Of a DNA stretch of 64,000 nt, positions 20,564-31,400 are shown piece after piece. The notes beneath the pieces were generated by a model, which saw only the letters and a program-made list of their open reading frames with translations, did no database searches and was not told the DNA's origin. Numbering within the stretch: position 1 is the stretch's first letter; every line of letters begins with the position of its first letter. Source of the stretch: a virus (lineage: Duplodnaviria; Caudoviricetes); IMG/VR virus record IMGVR_UViG_3300002835_000122, positions 1 through 64,000 of that record. One strand, written 5' to 3'. Made by a program: the position numbers and the translations under genes.

Positions 20564-21733
20564 TTAATAAGTTGCAGATCCCATTATAACAGAATTTATA
20601 GTGACAGTTCCAGCGGAAACGTATTTCTTAATGCCCTCTAAAGAAAAATCTTGTATAGACAGTTCTCTGCCATCTGCTGTGAGACTTGAAACAATTGCAC
20701 TCCTAATGTAGTCAGACGATCTATTAATTTGGGCTTCAATTTGCTTTATGGATACCGAGTCTCCGATAGTTAATGAATTTAAATACCTCTTAATGAATAA
20801 AGATGCTTGATTTCTAATGCCAGAAGATAAAGTTTCAGATACACCCATAGGAATTCTAATAGTAGCACCAACTGATACTGTTACCTTTTCGGCTATTCGA
20901 ATATTCAGCTTGATACCTACTGGCTTAACTGCATTAACTGCTATTAAAACATTTTGTGGAAGATTACTTAAACCACTCGTAGCCTCTGGCACAACTATAA
21001 CATCGCAAGATCCAATTCCATACGATCCTTCTCTAATTCTTACATCCCTTACCCCTCTTACGGCAAGGGCAGCGAACCTTACTGACTCAGCACTTCCTAT
21101 GGCTTTTGACTTAATCGAGGCAATTATTCTTCTTCTAAAGTTGGAGTCAGATTCTGAATTTATATTAGAATATACTTCCTTAGGATTATTACAAAATAGT
21201 ATTACTCCAGCTGGAGAAAAGAAGTTATGCTTTGTTAGGGAGTTAACTGGAGCGACATAAGCGTTGTCGGAAAAGTTTGGTTCCACTCTACCATAGGCCC
21301 TGGTAGAGCCAATGGGTATAGTTACATCTCCAGCTAATTTAAAACCATATTGGGTAGATATGAAGTTAGATACATCGTTATATACCAATACGCCTTGCGG
21401 TATCGTAATCGAAGAACTATGAGCTTTGTCTATAAAAAATTCTATGTTGAATGATTGTCTGTCCTCAGACGCATACTCTGTTATGCTCTTTCTTGAAACC
21501 CCATACAGATCGCCAATAAGATCCAAATTTCTACCGGATGCGCTAGACAAATTACTTTGATTTATATTAAATTTTAATGCCTCATAAAGATCTGACACTT
21601 CAGAGCTAAACGCCTCAGCAAATGCCCTGGCAATAGACCCTGGATAGACTGCAGATATTCCTGCATCTTTCTGTAAAGAATTTAATATATTTATTAATAT
21701 ATCTGACTTGCTCTTAATACCGTAAACAGACAT
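20564..21733 (-). CDS. Baseplate J-like wedge protein (389 aa)
   Basis: PGSIARAF, ASGRNLDLIGDLYGVSR, ESDSNFRRRI, GSAESVRFAALAVRGV and YLNSLTIGDSV are characteristic Baseplate_J motifs. Confidence 0.9.
   Translation of the reverse strand: MSVYGIKSKSDILINILNSLQKDAGISAVYPGSIARAFAEAFSSEVSDLYEALKFNINQSNLSSASGRNLDLIGDLYGVSRKSITEYASEDRQSFNIEFFIDKAHSSSITIPQGVLVYNDVSNFISTQYGFKLAGDVTIPIGSTRAYGRVEPNFSDNAYVAPVNSLTKHNFFSPAGVILFCNNPKEVYSNINSESDSNFRRRIIASIKSKAIGSAESVRFAALAVRGVRDVRIREGSYGIGSCDVIVVPEATSGLSNLPQNVLIAVNAVKPVGIKLNIRIAEKVTVSVGATIRIPMGVSETLSSGIRNQASLFIKRYLNSLTIGDSVSIKQIEAQINRSSDYIRSAIVSSLTADGRELSIQDFSLEGIKKYVSAGTVTINSVIMGSATY
20583..20591 (-). promoter_or_regulatory. Putative extended -10 promoter (TGTTATAAT) for the 1534-aa gene
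   Basis: Perfect TGnTATAAT in the last codons of the J gene, about 80 nt before the ATG at 20500; no clear -35. Confidence 0.4.
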
Positions 21734-21736
21734 TTA

Positions 21737-22117
21737 TTAATCTCCTAGATTTTGACTTACTGATAAAATTATGGGCTCATCTATATCTGACACTATATGA
21801 ATATCAAACTTAATAGTATCCTTACTGGTTGGGACTGCGGTTATCTTAATATTGCGCCCCTTGAAAAGCCCCTCCCTTTGAAGGCCAGCTCGAATAAGAT
21901 TTTTTCCAAATTCCGCTGTTTCCTTTGTTTGTGGCAATCCGTAAAGTCTAGACAGATCTATACCAAGCTGAGGATATATATAAAAGTCTCCAGGCTCTGT
22001 CATCAATCTTAAGTAGATTTGTTGTATATCTTCCTGCATAGACGATGGAGTTAAGGATAAGTCTTTATTTCCATTGATGAGAAAGTCTCCATTTAAAGTA
22101 AAATATAGGTCACTCAT
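21737..22117 (-). CDS. gp25/gpW-like baseplate wedge protein (126 aa)
   Basis: DLYFTLNGDFLI..NKDL, QQIYLRLMTEPGDFYIYPQLGIDL match the gp25/DUF2634 pattern; located directly before J. Confidence 0.85.
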   Translation of the reverse strand: MSDLYFTLNGDFLINGNKDLSLTPSSMQEDIQQIYLRLMTEPGDFYIYPQLGIDLSRLYGLPQTKETAEFGKNLIRAGLQREGLFKGRNIKITAVPTSKDTIKFDIHIVSDIDEPIILSVSQNLGD

Positions 22118-22754
22118 TAATTTCCTCTAATGCTAACTGATGTGCTTGTTCGAAAGATGCTCCATCCTTCATGAGACTTATCATGTACAGGATATGCTCT
22201 TTGGAATAGTCAGATTGATATATTTCCAATAGACCTATTTGTTCGTTTGTCAGTCCGTCTATATTATATTCTGACTGATAATTTTGCTTAAGAGGGTCTA
22301 CTGATGGAGCAAATCCATACTCACCTGTTATAGTAATGGGTTTTTGTTTTTCTTCCTGATCATATTTCTTAGCTGAATCTAAATAATAACTAACGCCATT
22401 TTGTGCAGAATGTATCAAATTATGATTTATTTTAACTAAAGTTGGCTCAATATAGGATGAGGCTGCGTAGTTAAAATTATAGCTATTCCACCTGAGGCCG
22501 TCTTCTTTTGTGTTAATTCGAACAGAATCTCCAAAAAAAGAAATAGACTTTGACCTTGCACTAATTATTATCCCTATGCCTGGCGCAGCAAAAATCTCTA
22601 TATCCCCTTGATCATTTAGCCTTATAAAACTAGATAGGTCAGGGTGACTTAAGCCTACCTCTCTGTCGGAAAACTCTTTCCTTTTTTTAATCTCAGACGA
22701 TACCGGTATGGGGGAATCTTGATAGTTTATTTTATTTATTGATTGCCTGCTCAT
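22110..22754 (-). CDS. Baseplate spike beta-helix-like protein (214 aa)
   Basis: EVGLSHPDLSSFIRLNDQGDIEIFAA resembles gp5/gpV/Mu gp45 beta-helix turns; lies between the OB-fold gene and gp25. Confidence 0.6.
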   Translation of the reverse strand: MSRQSINKINYQDSPIPVSSEIKKRKEFSDREVGLSHPDLSSFIRLNDQGDIEIFAAPGIGIIISARSKSISFFGDSVRINTKEDGLRWNSYNFNYAASSYIEPTLVKINHNLIHSAQNGVSYYLDSAKKYDQEEKQKPITITGEYGFAPSVDPLKQNYQSEYNIDGLTNEQIGLLEIYQSDYSKEHILYMISLMKDGASFEQAHQLALEEINE

Positions 22755-23122
22755 TAGTGAACCATAAACCTTGGTACTCCCGTATTGACCCTATACTGAT
22801 ATGCTCTATTGTATCCAGAATTTGTATCATCATAGTAATTGATTATGTAAGGCCTCGATTCATTATTGTCCCTAAAGCCCACTAAGCATCTTGCGCCCGG
22901 GACTGGTGCTACTACTTGAACGCCCCTTAAACTGGGGCAAATTACATCCTTGACTATATTACCTACATTTTCAGAATACTGATCTTCCAATACTACTACC
23001 GCAGTGTTGCTAATATTGCTATAGGACATGATAACTCCAGGCCTGGTCTTGGCTTTTTGCATTTCGGACAAATCAATTTGGTCCTGTATTTTTTTATCAA
23101 ACTTTGGATAATTAACTGGCAT
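22754..23122 (-). CDS. Baseplate spike OB-fold protein (gpV/gp5 N-terminal-like, 122 aa)
   Basis: RPGVIMSY...AVV...GVQVVAPVPGARCLVGFRDNNESRPYII is the gpV OB-fold signature (PxxGxxxLVxFxxxxxxxPxI). Confidence 0.8.
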   Translation of the reverse strand: MPVNYPKFDKKIQDQIDLSEMQKAKTRPGVIMSYSNISNTAVVVLEDQYSENVGNIVKDVICPSLRGVQVVAPVPGARCLVGFRDNNESRPYIINYYDDTNSGYNRAYQYRVNTGVPRFMVH

Positions 23123-23153
23123 AAAAAATCTCCTTATTCATAAACTGTTATGC

Positions 23154-25442
23154 TTAATCATTTTCTAAATACTCTCCGCTTAGCCATCTATCTATGTATG
23201 CGGCAGAATTCTGGCCTTGTGTACTAGCACTTAGGGAATATACGTCTTTAACCCATTTCTTTAAAGCTGCTTCAGTGCCTCCACCATTTACGTAGACTCT
23301 TGCAGCGTCTTCAAATTTAACTGATCCCAGCCATCCATATGGGTCCTTATAGTTATCTCCCCATGCCGCAAATACATATCCGGTTTCTGGTGTAGGTCCC
23401 AATTTTGGAAAAAGGTAATATGGGGTTTGTCCGGTTACCAAAGTCCAGAACATATATGCTTGGTTTAATGGTATCCAAACCCTACGGTCAACTAGTTCTC
23501 TGAGTTTCTCAACAGCGCCGTTGTGACTACCTCGATAAAATACTTCTAATTTATATTTTTCATTTAATTTTTCATTATAATTATCTATAGTAGGGGGTTG
23601 CTCTCCCGGATAAACTGTAGTCCAATTTTTGCTTGCTAGTTGCCATCCTTGCATCCGCTCTTTAGTTGTTCCATCTGTTAATTCGTAGATCTTTGTACCA
23701 TGTGCCCCTGACACACTAGAGCCCCTCTTGATTGTTCCATTTCGATATTCCCTAAATTTACCAACACTCATATTAATCTGGAATATACCTAGAGACATAA
23801 AGTCGCCACTTAGGGTATTGGGATTGCATGAAGTTGGACAGCCTCCACCACTTTCCCTAACAGTAATTGCGGTCATAATTGCTGCGGTTTCTTTTCCGCA
23901 TACTGTAGTGCGTAGTAGTTCGTAGACTGCGTCCTGCCCTATGTTCTCTCCCCAACGACCATAATAATTTGTTGTAAGAATAGAACTAGGAGTAGTTGCT
24001 CTTGTATCGGGGAATGTGCCAATTCCGGGAATATAGATTGTTCCAGGGGGTGAAGCTGTTTCATTGGAATAGTCATCATAAATTATTCCTGCCGCATTCA
24101 TTATACCTCCAGGGCCCGTATACTTTCCTGCGCGCATTCCACTAAAACTTAGATGTATATGATTTCTGTGATTATTGTCCCTATTGTCGGCAAAAAAGTT
24201 TACATATTCTAACTCTGGTCGACTTATTTTAAATGCGCATGTACTAGCGTCACCGTTACCACTTTGGTCAATTCCATAACCGATGGCATAGTCTTGATGA
24301 ACACACATTAGATCAGGAAGTAAATACCTAGGAACTTCTACTAATGCATCTAATAACATATATAGCGCGCCATCATATATTTCTCTAGTGACTCCACCAT
24401 TTAATTTTATTGGATCTTTATTTATTTTGCCGACGGATGATATGTCTACAGCTCTTCCGCTAGAATGATCGCTCATCCATAATTCATTCTTTTCATTTAG
24501 GTCCATTCCCCACTGTCTTCCGGAATCAAAACCACCACTAAGGACTATTCCCTGCTCGTGCAAATGCAGTAGAAGTTCTATGAGTGCCGGAGCTACATAA
24601 GCGTTAGCGTCGGTTGGATTTTGCAGAATAATATCTTTAGAGATGACTCTTTGTGAAATATTTACTTTTGCATCTGGAAAATACGTATCTTCACCGTTAT
24701 ATACTGTAACGCCTTCGCGAGCAAACTCGTTAGGAATATCAAATTTAAAACTTGTGCTAAGAAAAGTACTAGGATACTTGGAACGCAATAATGCTATTCT
24801 TTCTTGATACCACCCTTTTTCTTCTTCGGTCATTTCGGAAAAAAAGGCAACATTTCTAAATCCTCCACTTTGCGATTCAGCGGAGGCTGTTTTATCGTTA
24901 GAAGACGACGTTGAGTCATTTCCTCCATCTCTGCCGCTATAATTTCCAACATTCATTTGCTGCAGGTTTGCTACAGAATTACTTACAAATGACCCACTGA
25001 AATTTTTTCCAGCTAATGAATTTGCTACAATTCTATTAATTGCATTTCCGCCTGTTAACTTAACAGTTCCAACTCCTTCGTTTGATGCAAGGGTTATTTC
25101 ATCTTCACCTTGACTTTCCGGATTGTTAACTGTCACATAATCTGGATTTTCTACAGTCCCTGCTGTAGCTATTGATCCACTCCCCGTAATTAAAGTATTT
25201 AAAGATGAAGATACACCTCTAGACATTGCTGCAATTGCATACTTCGGGCTCCTGAAAAATGCATCACCGTTAATTACGTCAGACAAAGTTCTGGTACTTA
25301 AGGTCTGGCCCACCATTGGTCGACTTATTGATGCGCTGGTATTTTTGACTGGAGTTTTTCCACCAGGGAAAAAGTCTGCGTGAAGTGAGGTGGCAAACGA
25401 CGCAGAATCAGATAGAGCTGCATTATTAAAACTAAAAGACAT
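23154..25442 (-). CDS. Tail-associated bifunctional lysin: Zn peptidase M15-like plus lytic transglycosylase-like (762 aa)
   Basis: SDHSSGRAVDI...HRNHIHLSF (M15/LAS Zn ligands) and AITVRESGG...SLGIFQIN (SLT ES and GxxQ motifs). Confidence 0.8.
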   Translation of the reverse strand: MSFSFNNAALSDSASFATSLHADFFPGGKTPVKNTSASISRPMVGQTLSTRTLSDVINGDAFFRSPKYAIAAMSRGVSSSLNTLITGSGSIATAGTVENPDYVTVNNPESQGEDEITLASNEGVGTVKLTGGNAINRIVANSLAGKNFSGSFVSNSVANLQQMNVGNYSGRDGGNDSTSSSNDKTASAESQSGGFRNVAFFSEMTEEEKGWYQERIALLRSKYPSTFLSTSFKFDIPNEFAREGVTVYNGEDTYFPDAKVNISQRVISKDIILQNPTDANAYVAPALIELLLHLHEQGIVLSGGFDSGRQWGMDLNEKNELWMSDHSSGRAVDISSVGKINKDPIKLNGGVTREIYDGALYMLLDALVEVPRYLLPDLMCVHQDYAIGYGIDQSGNGDASTCAFKISRPELEYVNFFADNRDNNHRNHIHLSFSGMRAGKYTGPGGIMNAAGIIYDDYSNETASPPGTIYIPGIGTFPDTRATTPSSILTTNYYGRWGENIGQDAVYELLRTTVCGKETAAIMTAITVRESGGGCPTSCNPNTLSGDFMSLGIFQINMSVGKFREYRNGTIKRGSSVSGAHGTKIYELTDGTTKERMQGWQLASKNWTTVYPGEQPPTIDNYNEKLNEKYKLEVFYRGSHNGAVEKLRELVDRRVWIPLNQAYMFWTLVTGQTPYYLFPKLGPTPETGYVFAAWGDNYKDPYGWLGSVKFEDAARVYVNGGGTEAALKKWVKDVYSLSASTQGQNSAAYIDRWLSGEYLEND

Positions 25443-25451
25443 TTATTACTC

Positions 25452-28400
25452 CTAAGTTCCGGGATTCAATGTAACTTGTTTTGGAATTAGCGCAGATTCT
25501 TCTGCGCTAATAACGGACTGTGATTCAATTAAAAGTTGCTTTGTGTATACTGTAGCTAGGTTATTGGCTACCAGTTCCCAGTTCAGACTAACTGGATGCC
25601 CATCCTCATAATACTCGTCCCAAAATATAGTAGGCCATTCATCTACTTTATTGTAAGTAGCTTCTAAGACCTTGAAGCAGACTAGGTCATTATAAAATCT
25701 ATTGAATTCTTGTTCCGGAATTCCATAATCATCTAATGCGCTAATTGACAGACTTAATGGTGGAGCATACTGAATATCTAAAGATTTAATTTTATCAAAA
25801 ATATTACTTCTTTTTATAAAAATTGGAGACTCTTTATAGAGTGAACCCAATCCTGGAAAATCTTTACCAAAGAACTCTTTAGTAACGGGGTTGTCCATGT
25901 CTGTTGTAACTATTGTTTTTCCTCGATTTAACATAAAGCACTGGTTAACAAAATCTTTTATTTGATTGATCATTGATTCTGGCTGGTAGTACCAGACAGT
26001 TCCCAGGACTCGATCGAAAACGTCTTTTGTATAATTTTGTAATCTATTTTCAGTAGCACCGGGTTCAAATTGAGCCTCAAATATAACGTTTGTATCTGCT
26101 CTGTTTGTAACTTTTATTCTTAAGACGAATACCCTATTTTTTATCTTTGCTTCCGTATACAACATAGCTCTACCTCCAGGAGTGGAAATAGGTGATATAG
26201 TTGTTCCATCGGCACCCGGCTCATTTGGAATAGACCCCACTTTTGTAAGACTTGTTTCGCCAGTATTTATTCCGTCAAAACGAACTGTAAATCTAGCGCC
26301 AGATATAACATCTTCGACATCAAACGTGTCACCGTCTTTAAACGTAGTAACTGTTACTATCACCTTAAATAAAGATGTTTGCAGATTTGCTTTTTCTGGA
26401 CCTAATCCAGTAAGACTAAGTACGCGAGCGTGCGTTAGGGCGTTTTCGTAATCGGTATATCTTACTAGATCTTTTATTTCTGTTTCTTGCCAGCCAAGAC
26501 TCTTTAGCAAGTCATCACTTCTTATGAAAGTATTTCCATCAGCGGTTTTGACTTTTGTTCTTGTGCCTAATATTCCTGGCAATAAAGCTTTAGTGTGATA
26601 TCTTCCGACGACCATGCCTTGGTTGTATGATAATCCTGCGTCCATTGGTTGACCATTTTTATTAAGATACTGGACATAGCAGCCATGCTGATCCAGTACG
26701 TTATCTCTTAACCATGTCCAACCCTTCCAGGCTAACTGGCCAACGATTGGAACTGCTCTTGCTACGCTTACGCCCACAACTTGCATAACAGTATCTGTCC
26801 CTGAAGCCTTACCCTGCCCCTTGCTTTCTATTTCTTGTCGTGCTTTATCTGGGAGACTCAGAGCGGTTTGATTTGCCATAATGTCTTTCATTAATGCGGA
26901 AGATCCGTGCGTATACTGAATTCCACCAATCATTTGAGTGCTCAGTGAATCTGCTAACGCATCTACGGAAATGTTTCCGCCCATGTTTATGCCAGTGTTT
27001 GATGCCATAATATTATCCATATAGAATCTAGTGTCATTTCTCATATTCTGCATGCTGAGCCATGAGTGGAGCCATGATGACATGAACCATCTAGAGGGAT
27101 CATTGACAGTCACTAGAGCGTTGGGTGTGACAGTAGTAATATATCCCATTTCTGAAGTGAAGTGATGTACTACTTGCTCTACTTCAAATATTCCATACAT
27201 TCTGTTGTAAACATCGGATAGATACACTAAGTCATGAGGCCTAATATCTGGATTGCCAATTAGCGTGAGTTCCCCACCATAAATATCTTTAATTGATTCC
27301 TTTAAATGAGATAGTGCTATTCTTCTTGCAGAAAGCTCATCTGGTGTGCCCTGTAATGTTTTTGCATATCCCCTAAATGTTTCTAGCGGGTGCATAAATG
27401 GGTGCAGTACTCCCAGGAAACCTGAGCCAATCATATTGTCATAATACAATCCAGTCTCTACTGTAGTTTCCGTTTGACGCTCAGATGGCGCACCCTTGTC
27501 TAACGCTACGGTAACTGGGTTTTTTCCATCTGATACTGCGGTGATAACGGTAGAAACATTGTTTAGATTCTCTTGAATTTGATTAGATATGATGTGAGAG
27601 AAAGAACTTAAGTAATGTATTCTTTGGAATGGTTGACGAATTTCTATTACCGGTTCTCCATATTCCCTAGTAAAAGGATTATCAACGGCTCTCAATAGAG
27701 AGCCAGGTCTGCCAAGTGAATAGTATATTGAATCATTTAATACTTTATTAAGAATGTGGGCTTGCTTACTAAAGTTTCCAACTTCAGAAAGTGCGTATCC
27801 CATTTGCATCATGCTCAACTTGAACATACCTAAGAGTGAGCTCAGACCATCCCCAATGGCTCCAAGTATTGGGCCTATATTTGCGCTATAAAAATCTCCT
27901 ATATCTTCATCTATTCCGCCAATAAATGTTGAAGAATTACTACCTTCTCCTTTTGTGCTAACTAATAATTTTAGGAATTTACTTTCATCTTTAGAATACT
28001 GGCTATAGGGGCTAATGAATGCTTCGAAAACTTTATCTACCGGCTTGAAAGACCATTGCCCATCTTCTCCGCCCCCACCTGCGGTAATAATTCCACGCTT
28101 TCTATCCGGCTTAAGAACTAACCAAGCCCTACCATAACCTGTACTCCAAAGCTTTTGCCTAAATAATCCAACCATTAATAGGAACAGCTGTTTAGGTGTA
28201 TTGATGACTTCAGCTAGCTTTATTGCTGCCGCTGGATCCTCTTTATTCTCAATTGAAATTGAAAGCGCGTTATTAATTACCTTTGATTCAAAAAAGTTTA
28301 ATCTAATTCCATCTAGAGATCTAGAAATGACGCTATTGAAGTACTGTATTATTCCAGCGTCTCCGCGTATTCCCTTACTTTCGTAATCTATATAGTTTTT

Positions 28401-31400
28401 TCTAATAAATTCTACAGCTTCTATTCTAGATGAGGCACCACTAAAGCCGACACCAGATCCCAAGTCAGTCGTAGTGTCTGGCTCGTTAAAAAAGTCAGAA
28501 CCTAAAAGAATAGCCAATTCATCTACTCCCGTACCATCAGTTGCGGAAAGACCAGGAATGCTTACAGTGGATTGTGAGAAATTTTGAAATGGAGTATTGC
28601 TACTTGCTCCTAGTATTCTTTTGAACTCTTTAGGAAAAGGATCAGTTGAGTCAGCGTCCAAGCCATAATGTCTAGTGAATATGGCTTTAACGCTATCGTA
28701 TGTGTGATAGCCAAATCTAAATTGGTCCCAGATATCTGCAGCTTGACTAAGGGTTCTTCCATTTCCCGCAATCACTGAAACATTGGGATCATAATTTTCA
28801 TCATAAAAAGATCTAGCCTCTACCGATATACCATCCATCGCTGAATAAACCGGAGCAAAGCCTACTCGTCCACTGCCAGTTTCTTCATTTCCTGTTGTAA
28901 GAAGCTCGGCATCTAGGCGTTTATATAATTCGCCTTTATCTAGAGCATCATAATTTAAATCTACGATTGCTTGAAAGTAGCTTGGGTTGTCACCGCTAGC
29001 AAGTATATTTCCACCATATTCATAACTATAGGAAGTGACTTCGGAATTTGTTGCAGAGTATTCTTCTAGTGAGCTATCGGAATTTTTTAAGTAACGTTCT
29101 GCGGCATCTGCTGGATACTGTGACATGTTGCCTATGTCCAAAGATGTCTTTGAAGCGGTAAACTTATTAGCATCTCCGTTGTCGTCTATAGCGAAATTAC
29201 CAAAACCAATAATATAAGAATTTTTATCTGCGTCATTAAAAAATCTTTTTACTGGTGCTGCGGCGGACGAAACAACTCCTAATGGAGTATCGTCAGGAAC
29301 AAATCCAAAAAAACAATCAACATCTCGCGGGAAAGTGCTTAGTCCTGTTTCAGCTTCTATTTTTTCCAGAAGAGAATTACCAGTGTCTGCTCTATCATGC
29401 AGTAAAATATTTGCCCACGCTGGCAGGGACTCCGCTAGCTGACTGCCATCTGCGGCTATTTTGTCATCTATTGTAGAAACAAAAGTACCCAAGTACCACG
29501 CAGCGTCAGGGGATACGACTGCGTCAACATCATCGTCACCTTCTCCCCATAGGAAATAAGCTGGAGCACAAACGACTGCCCTTCCTGTTAAGGGGCTAAA
29601 TACAAGTACTCTTCTTTTTTTATAATCCGCTGCACTCCCGTATAGATCTTCAAATTTATATACTTGTTTAAACTTTTCCAAAGAGGCGTCTACTGTGTCA
29701 GGCTTGTATGGCCATCGCATTGCTATATAAAACATCTCCTCCTCTTTGGTAGCGGGAGATCCCCATTCCTCGTATGATATAGGCTGACTTAATTCATACT
29801 CAAAACTAAAATCATCTTTATTATCTCCAGAGGAAGCTACTACGCTATTAACTGTCTGAAAATCTGTAGGTATATTTTGTGAGTAAACTGATGGCAGTGG
29901 CATTTTGCTGTACACTGTTTTATTTAGACTAATTAGATCAGACACGCCTGAGTCGATTGTTACTAGAAGACTACTAAAGCCTAAGGGCCTATCTAGTTCT
30001 AGGTTGCCAGAACTAGGCTTAATGGTAATTTTTGCTTCATTCAAAAACTCTGCTTCTAATTGCAGAAAGTATATGAGATTAGCAGAAAGTGCGGCTCCGC
30101 CTGTTGAAAAGGATTTTAAAGCAGCTTCGCTAAATCGTTCCTGTAGATTTTGCCTTTTAGACATATTTGACAATCGCGCTTCATTGCTGTCGCCATCTTC
30201 AGCTGAGTCTATAATCTTGGCTATTGGTGTAAGGGGGCTAAGCCAACCGCCGAAACCAAGTAAATCAACAACGTTAGATGTGCCTGATGCTTGATTACCA
30301 CCAATGTCGCTTAAATATTCTCCAAATAATCCACCATCTCTAACTTCGTAAGATTTTTTGTCAAGAATTGTATCTTCTGATATTGTATAGTACGGGTATT
30401 GAAATCTTGGGGGAATATTTTCTATTTGCTTATGTTCTTGAGTTATACTTGCATAGGTTTTTTCTCCGCCGATTGGTAGGTGAAAGCCCATTTTAACCGT
30501 ACCTGCACTAACTGGTAGCTGAGATAGAATGATATTATTACCATCTGCGTCTTTGCTAACTCTTTTTGTAGCTAACTGTGAGTTAAAGTTTAGTAGTTTT
30601 CCTGTTAATCTTTTTGTGGGAGCGTATATTCCAGTAGAGGAAGCCTGATCTTTTGCTAGCGTAGCCATGAAATCGCTAAGTTCTGAAGATCTTTTAAAAG
30701 CTTCGTAATCGGCAAGTGAATTTGCTTGCCTATTAACATTGTCCATAACCATCTGTATATCTTCATCCGCACTTCTGTGCTTTGGGTAGCCGGGAAGGTC
30801 TAATTCATTAGCTTTCTTCACACTTGGGAAACCCGTAGTCACTGGAACTACGCCAGAAGTATATAACCAATGCGGCTTTCCATAGAAAATAGTAGACCTA
30901 TCCTCAAAGGGTCTAACTGCTACTATGTAATTTGGTAACAGCCTTGCACATATCTGGAAAAGATCCCATACGGTTCGCATGTATGTTTGTGCGCGGAATG
31001 ACACTTCATCAAATCCGCTTAAGTCATCATCAGCATTGGGGGAAATGATTCCCATTGTTCTGAATACATTAGTGCCACCTCTACCTCTCAGTAGCCCCAT
31101 AAGTGCTCCGCCTCCGGCGAGTCCTGCGACAGCATTAACTCCTGGTATGGCAGCAATTCCAGCTGTTAATCCACCCAATAGAACATTCTTTACGGCTCCT
31201 GCTCTTCCTTCTGCTGAAACTAACTTATTATCCTCAACAATAGAATCTATGGTATTACTGGAAGACACCGAACCATTTTGAGCCTCTGTGATTAACCTAT
31301 TCCATGATCTATCGGTACCAGCTTCCAAATATCTTTGACCAGCTAAAGTTTTGCCATCGTCTTCTACTAGCGATGATGCTGTCGACCAACCATCATCTAG

